Part shown: positions 24,101 to 34,726 of the stretch, in pieces
Numbering within the stretch: the first letter of the stretch is position 1
How the letters are laid out: every line of letters starts with the position of its first letter
NCBI GenBank assembly: GCA_907165135.1
Contig: OU015567.1
Coordinates: 2,790,001 to 2,854,000 of the forward strand
Length of the DNA stretch: 64,000 nucleotides
From: Oikopleura dioica
Taxonomy: Eukaryota > Animalia > Chordata
Direction of reading: 5' to 3'
Notes under the pieces: generated by a model
What the model saw: only the letters and a program-made list of their open reading frames with translations
The model's database searches: none
Told to the model about the DNA's origin: nothing
Translations under genes and position numbers: made by a program

Positions 24101-27100
24101 CCTTCCAAACTGTCTCTGCTCTTCATCGAGAATCCCTCGGTCGATTGATGACCAATCTTCGATCAACTCAGCCCCACTTCGTCCGTTGCATCATCCCGAA
24201 CGAGAAGAAGAAGCCCGGATACATGGACAACAACCTGGTCCTTCATCAACTCCGATGTAACGGTGTCCTCGAAGGAATCCGAATTTGCCGAAAGGGTTTC
24301 CCATCGCGAGTTGAATATGCTGAATGGAAGCAGCGATATACCATTCTTAACGCCAAGGTCATTCCTCAGAAGGGATTCATGGACAACAAAAAGGCCTGTG
24401 AGAAGCTTCTTGAAAGTCTTGCTGAAGAACTTTCACCAGATCTCTATCGATTCGGCCATACGAAGCTTTTCTTCAAGGCTGGTGTTATCGGTCATTTGGA
24501 AGAACTAAGAGATGACAAAATTGGTCAAATCTTGACTAAGCTCCAGTCTTTTATTCGGGCGAAACTCGCAAAGGAGAAATACCAGCGGGTGGTTGCTGAA
24601 AGAGATGGAGCAATGGTCATTCAGGCCAATTGGAGAGCCTACATTCAACTCGCCGACTGGCCGTGGATGCATCTCATGTACAAGATCCGACCTTTGCTCA
24701 ACTCCGCTGAGAAGAGAAAAGAAATGGACGAGCTCAAGGCCGAATATGATGACATCAAGAAACAGCTTGAAGTCGAAACGGCGCTGAGAAAGAAGCTCGA
24801 AGATGCGTACATCAAATTCACACAGGAGAAAAACAAGTTCATGGCCATGCTGAGTGGCGAGGGAGATGCACTTGCTGATGCGGAAGATCGAGCCGAAGCC
24901 TTGGCTAAATCAAAAATTCAGCTCGATGGTCAAATCAAGGAGCTTCAGGAGCGACTCGAGGACGAAGAAGAGATCAACCAAGATCTGAACAATAAGAAGG
25001 CAAAACTTGACCGGGAGAAACGCGAGTTGCAAAAAGACATAGAAGAACTCGAGTCGACCCTTTCCAGGGTGGAGCAGGAGAAGAACTCTTTGGAAGACAA
25101 AGTCAAGAGCAATTGCGAGGCACTGGCTACGACAGAAGAGCACATGGACAAGCTGGCCAAGGAAAAAAGAGCGCTTCAGGAGCAGCACCAGCAGGTCCTC
25201 GACGATCTTCAAGTTGAAGAAGACAAGGTCCATTCTCTAACGAAATCGAAAAATAAGATGGAACAGCTGGTTGATGATTTGGACTCAGCGCTTTCTCACG
25301 AGAAGAAATGCAGGGTGGATCTGGAGAGACAGAAGCGCAAGTTGGAGGGAGATCTCAGGAAATGGTCAAAATTTTCCGAGATTCTAGAGTTAGAAATATA
25401 ATGGCGATTGTAAGAAAAAGCAAAGGAGGGCAGTGTTTCCGCTCAGAGAGATTTTAATTTCTTTCAGGTCAGATATACGCGACCCTTCTTTGCTTTTCTT
25501 ATTTTTTTTTTTGAATCTCTTTTTCGAATTTGTCGATTTTGAATCTGGTGATTTGAAGACGAGAGAGGACTTGAGAAAAGTTCTTTTACCCAAAAACCTC
25601 AGCACGCCTTTCAAACACAAATCCGATCTCTAATTGTCTATCGATAAGAAAGATGCATTCTCTCGTCGATTTTGGAATGACGCAGCATGGGTTCAAGATA
25701 CTTGTGAGACAGCTTATCATTTTCTCAGGGCTTCTCAGCACAGATCCCGACGACCCAAGCTTCGTCTTCCAGCAAAATGAAATCGGGCAAAAACGGGACT
25801 TGACAACATTGAAAAACGATTATGTAAACGATCTAGAAGAATTTTGAAAAAAAAAACTATTTTCAAAATGAAAATAAAAAAATTTTTATTCTAGAGCATT
25901 TTTGATCATGAAACAGACTCAACCAGGAAACTATCATGGATCTTGAAAACGACAAGCAGCGTCTTGAAGAAAAGATCAAAAAGGCCGAATTCGAATGCAA
26001 CCAAATCCGAACCAAATGCGAAGATGAGCAAGCCCTCATCGCCCAGCTTTCCAAAAAGATCAAAGAGCTTCTCGCCCGAATCGAAGAACTAGAAGAAGAG
26101 CTAGAAGCCGAGCGAGCTGCCAAGGCGAAATCCGAAAAAGCTCGAATGGAGATTTCCCGAGAGCTTGAAGAATTTGCCGAGCGGCTTGATATTGCGACGA
26201 ATGCGACAACTTCGCAAATTGAAAAGTCGAAGAAGCGAGACGCCGAGCTGGCGAAGTTGGCTAGAGACATGGAGGAACTGACTTTGGCTCAGGAATCGCA
26301 AATCGTTGTTCTTCGAAAAAAACATGCTGATCATACTTCGGAAATTGGCGAAACGATCGAAAACCTGACTCGAATCAAGGCCAAGTTGGAAAAAGAACGA
26401 TCTGAGATGCGAATGGAAGCTGATGATCTTCTCTCCACCATCGACACCCTAACCAAGCAGCGAGTTCTTCTTGAAAAGCAAATGAGAACCGTCGAAGATC
26501 AGTTCAACGACCTCCAAGAAAAATACGAAAAGTCCGAGCGAGAAGTCGCCGATGCCAATGCATCCAAAGCGCGGGGCATTGCCGAGTTGAACGAGTTGAA
26601 GCGACTTGTGGAGGAAAAAGAAGCGATGAACAGCCAGTTGAAGCGTCAGCAAAACTCCGTCAATCAGCAAATCGAGGAAACAAAACGAACATTCGAAGAG
26701 GAGCAGAAAGTCAAGAACTCGCTCGCCCATCAGTATCAAAATGCTCTTCACGATGCTGAATTGCTAAAAGAACAATACGATGATGAAGTTGAAGCTAAAG
26801 TCGAGCTTCAAACTCAGCTGACGAAGTCGCAAGGAGAAATTCAACATTGGAAGGGCAAGTATGAGACTGACGCGATTCAGAAGACAGAAGAGCTCGAGGA
26901 TGCAAAAAAGAAGCTGTCTACTAGACTTGGAGACGTTGAAGAACAAGTTGAGTCAATTTCTGCCAAGTGCGGATCTCTAGATAAGTCAAAGACTCGATAT
27001 CAAGGAGAAATTGAGACGATCACCGTTTCGCTCGAAAAGACAAACAACCAGATTTCCACGTTAGAAAAGAAGCAGAAAACTTTTGATAAGCAAGTAGAAG

Positions 27101-30100
27101 ACTGCGTTGCAAGACAAAATCAATTGCAATCTGAAGTTGACGCTGCGAACAAAGCTGCTAGAGAACGAAGCACAGAAGTGTACAAATGTAAGATTCTTTA
27201 TTAATTTCCTGAGCAAATAGCGCAAAATGTTGCATTGTTTGAATTTAAATCGTAATTAAAAAGGGAAAAGCTATTTGTGGCAGTTTTCGTCGCCAAGGCC
27301 ACTATCTTGCGACAGTCTACATTTCTTCCGTTGTTTGGTTGGCTCTGAGTTATTCACAATGGCTAACTCCTCTTCCAACTCCTTGATTTTTTGGTCCTTC
27401 AAATTTATTGACGATAACAGTTTTCGTTTCTCCTCTGCCCAAGCTTTCATCTCGTTTTTGTGGTTCTCTTTCAAAAGCTTGTTTTCGTGAAGTTGATTTT
27501 TGAACGCCCATTTTTCATTTTCAAGTTCTTCACAGATCGACTTGTGGTCTTGTTTCAAAGCTTTTGCTTTCTAAGAAAAGGGATAATATATCAAACGTAA
27601 CTTATAAAAAACTTCTTTTAGCTCGACCACAAGGTCTAGCCATTTTCTCTCGCAGACCATCGCATCGCAGCAAGATATTTGGCATTTTTCAGTGTGAAGA
27701 TTCAGCTGCCGCAAAGGTTTTCTATGTGGCGTCGATTTTTTCGGTGTCTTAAGGGATCCCCCCCTGTTTTTTCAAGTACTTGATAAGGGTCTATCTTTGA
27801 TATTTTTAGATTCCTCGTGTTCTGAGGATCATTTTGATGTATCATATGACCCCCTTATGAACATCTTTCCCCAAAATTTTAGCCTTCAAAAATTTCAAAA
27901 ATGCATGTAAATTGTACTTAGCGTGAAAATCGGAATTTTTTTCGGTTTTTCAATATCATCGAAATAAGACATATAAGGGGTCTATCGAAAGCTTAGAATT
28001 GACTGAATAAGAAAATAATAACCGCACTAGAAATATCGGCCTTATGTTGGCGCTAGAGAGCAAAAAAACACCAAAAAACGCCAAAAATGGGTACATTTGG
28101 TTGTTCTTAAGAAAAAATTTTTATTACTTGATGAAATGACTTCTCTGTACTAGAGTTTTTAGATTAAACTCTACTCTTTCTAAATCTAGTCCCAAATTTA
28201 TACTAGCTAAGCCCTAAAAAAAGTAGTTTGCCGATGAAAATGGCCAAAAACAGCGTTTTTTCAAAATACACTAACTTCAGCGCCCCCGTGTGGTAGGTTT
28301 GCGTCTATGGATTTTTATCTCTGTACTAGAGAATTAGCCGCTATGAACGAGCTTTCATTTGCGCTATTGGCAATAGCCTATTGCACGCGTAAAATTGTTA
28401 GCCCAAAAAAAAGTAGTTCGCCGTTGAAAATGGCGAAAACGGGGGATCCCTTAATATCCAGTTACATTTTTCAAAAACAACTAAAATATTTTACAAAATT
28501 TACCTGCGGCAGATTCAAAATTTCAGTATCAGTAGTTGTGTCTAAGGGACTCTCTGATTCTGTAGATAAATCGTTCATTTCCATAAACACGTGAGTGAAC
28601 TAGTTTTTTAGCTCAGTCGACAAAACGGATTATTGCTTGTGGCGCTCCGGTTTTTAGAGCGACCTTTGAAAAAACGACCAGCGTGCGCTCGTAAAGTTTA
28701 ACTTGAGTTTAATTTCAGTACGAAACGCATATGAAGAATCCTTGGAGCATACTGAAACTCTCATGCGCGAGGTCAAACAGACGCAAGAAGAACTGATCGA
28801 CTACCAAGACCAAAACGCCGAGGCCCAGCGTCACATCTCCGAGCTGGAACGTGCGAAACGTGAGAGTGAGGTTGAACTTAATCAGCTCCAAGCGCAGTAC
28901 GAGGAATCCGAAGCGGCCGTTGAGCAGGAAGAGAACAAGATCCTCCGAATCCAAGTCGAGCTTAATCAGCTCAAAAATGACTATGACATTCGCATTCGTG
29001 AGAAGGAAGACGATATCGACTCGTCTAGACGAAATTGCCAACGAAGCTCCGATTCTCTTCAAAACTCTCTTGATGCGGAAACTAAATCACGTGCTGATGC
29101 GATCAAATCGAAAAAGAAGCTCGAAGGTGAAATGGCCGATATTGAAGTTCAACTTGCTCATTCTCTCCGCCAAAAGAACGAATTCCAGCGACAGGTGAAG
29201 GACATCATGGCCGAAATCAAAGACAACGACGCTAGAATCGACGAATATGAGCGAGTCAACGAGTCCATTCGAGAAAACTTCGCCATCTCCGACCGACGAA
29301 ACAAGATGCTTGCTGAAGAGATTAGCGACCTTCGAAGCAACTTTGAATCGCTTGAAAGAGCGAGAAAGGTGGCTGAGGGCGAGTTGAATGAGGCAAGGGA
29401 TCGGGCAAATATGCTGCATACGCAGAACGCAGCGCTGATGAATCAAAAGAGAAAGTTTGACAAGGATGTTCAGGCGTTGACCGATGAAGTTGATGAAGCT
29501 ACTCAGGTAACAGACTATAAGTATGAATTTTTCGCTATTGATAAAGAGTTTCCCATATTTTACGATCATGATTATCTAAGCCTTACTTCAGCTCTGTATA
29601 CTTGTTTTTCAGGAAGCGAAAAATGCCGCTGAAAAAGCCAAAAAAGCTGTCACCGATGCTTGTGGAATGGCCGACGATTTGCGAAAAGAACAAGATCAAT
29701 CCATGCATCTCCAAAAGGCTCGAAAAACTCTTGAAGGAGTCGTCAAGGAACTCCAACAACGACTCACTGATACTGAACAACAAGCGCTCAAGGGCGGCAA
29801 GAAGCAACAGCAGCGGTTGGAAGCGAAGATTCGAGAGTTGGAAAGTGAGCTAGAAGCTGAAACCCGACGCGGCTGTGATGCTCAGAAGATGCTGAGAAAA
29901 TCCGAAAGAAAGCTCAAGGAACTCCAGTACGCGACTGAAGAGGACTCGAAAAAATCCGGACGGCTTCAGGACCTCGCAGATCAGCTTCAACTCAAGGTCA
30001 AGTCGTACAAGCGCGCCGCCGAAGAAGCTGAAGAAAATGCTAACAAGAATCTTGCTCTCTACCGAAAATTCCACCACGAATTGGACGAAGCCGAGGAGCG

Positions 30101-30155
30101 AGCGGAAACTGCTGAAGCTGCTCTTTGCAAGATTCGAACTCACTCAAAATACTAA
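21123..30155 (+). CDS. MYH: Myosin II heavy chain, striated-muscle type
   Basis: [28 protein letters not shown]-loop GESGAGKT, switch I NDNSSRFG, switch [41 protein letters not shown], and a full coiled-coil rod to TAA 30153-30155. Interrupted at the P-loop by an insertion at 21958-22674. Confidence 0.97.
21958..22674. mobile_element. 717-bp hAT-like non-autonomous DNA transposon inserted in myosin coding sequence
   Basis: Perfect 13-bp TIRs CAGAGTTTGAAAT / ATTTCAAACTCTG; 8-bp TSD GGTGAGTC at 21950-21957 and 22675-22682; dense subterminal (C)TCGCGAGC / GCGCTCGC motif arrays at both ends. Confidence 0.93.
27271..28584 (-). CDS. Three-exon ~171-aa coiled-coil protein nested antisense in myosin intron 27188-28718
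   Basis: Exons 28584-28504 (81 nt), 27747-27613 (135 nt) and 27570-27271 (300 nt), all phase 0 with GT-AG junctions, give one open frame [10 protein letters not shown]...PQ|[16 protein letters not shown]...LKE|[10 protein letters not shown]...NCHK*. Confidence 0.7.
27753..28450. mobile_element. ~700-bp TTAA-target MITE (Kolobok-like), copy A
   Basis: TTAA at 27749-27752 and 28451-28454; termini GGGATCCCC...GGGGATCCC; internal repeated AAAAAAGTAGTT..AAAATGGC blocks. Confidence 0.85.
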
Positions 30156-30508
30156 GAATCTCTTGACTTTCGACATTATTTATAATAAAGTTCTTTTGCC
30201 GTGAAAAAATGTGAAATTTATTCAATGGAGAAAACGATGTTTACAGACTAGAAGGACGGAGATTTTTAATGAAGAAGGAAAATGAGTACAAGTAGAAATT
30301 TTCATAGATAAAATATTTTATGCATTAGTCTTTTTTGGATTTGTCCAAATGATTGACGAATTGCTTCTGAAACTTGAAAATTTTGTTTTTGAGTTTTTCC
30401 ATTCTTGGACAGTCGACAAGGTACGTTGTGGCCATCTTTCATCGGATTCAGGTGATGAAAAAAACATTGTGCTACAATTTTTTTCTTTTATCTAGCCAAT
30501 AAGATTAA

Positions 30509-31198
30509 GGGATCCCCCCCCGATTTCCCGAACTTTGACCCGTATCTACTTTTTTCTGGTCATACGTGTGAGGCTGGTTAGTAGCTCATTTAAAAGCTCG
30601 TTTTTTAATGAGCATATTTTGGTAGAATCAGCTTCCTAGCTCAAAATTTGCTTATGCATTAGAGGCCATCAAAGTGATTAAGATTCGCGAAAATGGCCAT
30701 TTTAGACCATTTTCAAAGTGTATCTACTTTTTTGTGGCCTTTTTGATTAAGAATCTTTTTGTTTTGCTAGAAAGTTCAGACCCTAAACTTCATATTCTGG
30801 TAGAATCAGCATTATCGGATAAGTAAATAAAAAAATTCTAGTTTTAAAACTTTTTGAAACCATTTTTGCCGTTTTTTGGGTGTTTAAATGCTCTCTAGCG
30901 CCAACAATTGGCCGAAAATTCTAGTGCGGTTATTATTTTCGTAATCTACACATTCTAAGCTTTCAATAGACACCTTATTTGTCCTATTTCGATGACAGTG
31001 AAAAATCGAAAAAAATTGCAATTTTCACGCTAAGTACAATTTACATGCATTTTCCCGAACTTTGGGCGCCAAAATTTTGGGGATGTATTTATGTAAAGGG
31101 GTACTATCATATATCAAAATGATCCTCAGAACACGAGGAATATAATAATAGGGGATAATGACCCGTGCCAAGGTTTTGAAAAATCGGGGGGTGATCCC
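30509..31198. mobile_element. ~690-bp TTAA-target MITE, copy B, inverted relative to copy A
   Basis: TTAA at 30505-30508 and 31199-31202; TIR GGGATC(C/A)CCCCCCGATTT. Its right ~330 bp are the reverse complement of copy A's left end (shared TTCCTCGTGTTCTGAGGATCATTTTGAT, ATGCATGTAAATTGTACTTAGCGTGAAAAT and GAAAATAATAACCGCACTAGAA). Confidence 0.85.
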
Positions 31199-31963
31199 TT
31201 AATCAAGACATTCAATGAAAACGAGAATCCGTTCCTTTCGCCAAATCGTAGTAAACCTTAAAATCTCATCCAACGGCGCAGTGGACCTTTTCGCACTCAA
31301 AAAGGTAGACTGCAACGCCAAACTTTCCTCCTGAGTGAGTTCATCTTTTGCACAGGGGCGGCTCAACGTTTTGAGCAGTTTGTCTTCAACCTTTTTGATC
31401 GCGCGATCCAATTTTCCGCGCTTCAGGGGGTCACTTTTTTATAACGCTCGTTTTCAGATTCATCGATTCACCGTTTTTCAATTTCGAAACGGCACAGTTG
31501 GAGACATATTTTTACAGTATGATTTATGAGAGTGACCCCAGTGACCTTTATGTAGTCGCTTTGGACGTTGTTTTCGATCCAGTCTCGTGCTTGTCCAGCG
31601 ATCCGGGACACTTTTTTAATTGCTATATCGGAAGTTTCATCCTAGAAGTTCTACGAATCCGCAGCGACTGTAAATCTACCTGTAAACCAGCATAGTAGTA
31701 ATCATACGCTCCGAAGTCATCATCACTCCGCGGAACAACAGCTGACCTCTAAAACGAGGCTTTAGGTTTATCTTTTTGGAAAATAAGTGGGGCGTAAAAT
31801 CATAAGTGCTGGATCGACGCGCCCGAAAAAATTCCCTGTTTGCACTTACTTGGCGAAAACTGTTGATGTTTGAGGAGGATGACAATGAATAGCTCGCTTG
31901 GACGGGTCGAGCATGGTAGCCGATATTTTGTTGTCTCGCGATCTGAATGAGATTGAAAACCAT
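31199..31963 (-). CDS. Possible multi-exon gene, unknown product
   Basis: Several coding-like stretches (e.g. DRAIKKVEDKLLKTLSRPCAKDELTQEE and DETSDIAIKKVSRIAGQARDWIENN) and a GTAAGT donor, but no consistent full model. Confidence 0.3.
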
Positions 31964-33464
31964 ATCTATGCTCTGATTTCAGAAAATATAGATTTTTCTA
32001 GTAATGACAGTTTGATAAAAGAGTAAAACATAGAAACACAGCTTCTTCTGTGGGAATAGGTAGTCGGTTATTTACAAATATATTTTTCTAATCAAGTCTT
32101 GACATCATCAAGGGCCTCATTGAAAATCAATTTAATTACCACTCAATCAATAATTCACAACCGACCCTTGCCAACACCAAAAGTCCATATCCGGCATCTA
32201 AACCTGCTGCGCTCCCCGTTACCTCTCGTAAATAGCCATTATCGTGCTCGGCAAGAGCTTGATGCGGTTGAGCGATCAAAAGAAAAACTGTCCTCATTTT
32301 TTTAGTTTGTTTTTAGAAGCTCTGTGTTTTTTTCCAAAAATCTGACAAATACGTATTCTGCTTGAAATGTGAGGGCCATCACGTTTTTGATCAAGCATTT
32401 ATAGCACGCGCGAGCCCGGATTGAGCGAATTTAGCTGGCGAAATTCTAGTGCTCTGAGCTGGATTTGCTGTCGAGAGCTTCATATCGTGTTTTCTTCTTT
32501 TCATTTATTGAACTGAGCCTTTTTTGACCGAGGATTTTGCAAATGATGATTTTTGCTCTTAATCTGATCATGTTTTGTTATCTTGTCTTTATTACTTAGG
32601 ATTATCCTCACGGGAATAAACTTACTTCTTTATAAAAAATTTTTTTCTAAAATTTGAAATGGTTTTCTTCTTGATTTTCTCATTTCTATCACTGCCGTTG
32701 GCATAAAATATTTGAGTGAAGTTGTTTTTTTAACCATTGCTATAAATTATAGCCTATAATTAATTGTAAATTTACATTTTGATGTTCGAAGACTGATGAT
32801 ATCATTACTGTATTGATTCATATTGAGCTTATTAACAAGTTTAACAGTCCCTGTTTGTTGCCCTTAATCAAAGTCTGTGAATCCTTATTTGGAAAGAAAC
32901 GTTTGCCCGGGTCCGTATTCTAATTAATGAAAAATGACTTTTGTTTTTCAATTCTCACTTTTTCACACTTTCATATTTTTATTTCCTATTACTTATTATC
33001 GTTGAGATCCCCTTGCAGTCGTCTTAATTCAGCTCCAATCCAGTTTCTTTCGGTATTTCTTCAGTTCAATCCTTTTGAATGCTCTCGCCCGTGCCTCCTA
33101 TGCCGCTCCACGCTGCCCGAAATTGTGTTTCTTCCACTTTTCCAACGCTCTCTACTGCTGCCCAGCGGGCCGATTTCCATGCAATTTTCACTTTTTCTAG
33201 TGTAAAAACGATGAAGTTTCCATCTGCGGAAGTTTGATGTTCGTATGATATCGGCGTCTTAGGTTATTTAGGGGTTTTGTGGGGTTTGCTCATTTTGCTT
33301 TCATGGTTAGGTCCACTTTGATGCTCTTTAGACATCCTTAATACCAATCAATTTTGAAATTTCTTCTTTATTTCATAAGATTAATATCTGAATGAGCATC
33401 TTTGAAGGTTTGAAAAGAATCCGATAAACAGAACGGTCAGAAATCGCCTGTAAAAGAGCGCAAG

Positions 33465-33547
33465 AAACACACAAAGCACGGGGCGCGCGAGCGAAATCGC
33501 CCAGCGCTGAGGTTGTCTCCCTCCCGTCACCTCGCAGCACATTTAAA
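33465..33547 (+). promoter_or_regulatory. H1-type promoter elements (AC box, GC-rich box, TATA-like)
   Basis: AAACACA at 33465-33471, GGGCGCGC at ~33481 and TTTAAA at 33542-33547 upstream of ATG 33641. AAACACA is the known H1-gene AC box. Confidence 0.5.
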
Positions 33548-33640
33548 CCACGCGCGCTGCGCATCAAGCTCACTTCAGCTTTTCAGCTAAAACTTGAATT
33601 TTACAGTTTTCTTCACCGACAACTTACCAACTCTACCACC

Positions 33641-34254
33641 ATGCCAGCTGCCAAAGCCGCAGACAAGAAAGCCGCCCAATCTCACCCACCATACAAGCAG
33701 ATGATCGCTGAAACTCTCAAGGGTCAAGGTAAGCTAGAGAAACAAAGGAAAAAAAACAGTTGAGAAAGCCGCTCGCGGCTTTCGAAACCAAATAAATTTA
33801 ACCTATTCTAATCTAAACGAAATGAGCAAAGATTAACCGTTTATTTCCAGGTCGAAAGGGACTCTCCGTCATCGCCATCTCCAAGATGATCCAGGCCAAC
33901 CAGAAGGGACTCGGTCCCCGACACGAAACTTCTCTCAAGATGGCTCTCAAGCGAGGCATTGAGGACAAATCCCTCGTCAAGGTCAAGGGAGTCGGCCTCG
34001 CCGGTTCTTTCAAGCTCGCTGCTCCAGTCAAGCCCGCTCCCGCCGCCAAGAAGGCCGCTCCCAAGGCCAAGCCTGCTGCCAAAAAACCCGTCGCAAAGAA
34101 GGCTGCAAAGAAGCCCGCTGCTAAAAAGTCTCCAACCAAGAAGGCTGCCGCCAAAAAGCCAGCCAAGAAGGTGACCGTCAAGAAGACCGTGGCGAAGAAG
34201 CCAGCAGCCAAAAAAGCCGCGAAGAAGCCAGCAAAGAAGACCGGCAAGAAGTAA
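33641..34254 (+). CDS. H1: Linker histone H1 (163 aa) with one intron
   Basis: SHPPYKQMIAETL, intron 33729-33850, RKGLSVIAISKMI, LKMALKRG, KVKGVGLAGSFKL, and a K/A/P-rich tail. Confidence 0.96.
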
Positions 34255-34726
34255 AAACCTTCTCGAAAAGGAGAAACAACGAATTCGCGACCTCAGGAAA
34301 CGAAAACATCTAAGTCTTGAAAAAAACCTTTTTATCCCTCTGCAGCAAAAGTTTCAGCTCAATAGCCGCAAAGGGATAAGTCTCGAAAAAAAGCAAAACT
34401 GACTCCACGCAAACCTATTTCTCACCTGCCGAATATATCATGTTCAACCCTGTTCATAAACTAAATTGCAAAAAACACAAATTAAAATATTTACAATAAA
34501 AATCTACAAAACTCAAAATATCGTTTTCTTCCGCCTCTTCCTTTTTAGCATGAGAATTTTCAGATTAAAAAGAAGTCTTTTTCGAGTCGATACCCTTAAT
34601 TTTCACGCTTCAAAGAATTTGAAGTTGTTGTTTCTCGAAAACGATTCAATTGATATTTTTAGAAATTGTCTTTTCAAGTCGAGAATATCATTTTTTTATT
34701 TGATTTTGTACAAGAGGAAACTAGTT

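Noticed and set aside
23202-30225. Many antisense and off-frame ORFs over the myosin exons
   Set aside because: Expected shadows of long biased coding exons; only the intronic 27271-28584 model has independent splice support.
33050-33270. ~65-codon open stretch on the minus strand upstream of H1 (PKTPISYEHQ...GESIQKD*)
   Set aside because: No start or splice context could be fixed and no family match is recognisable.
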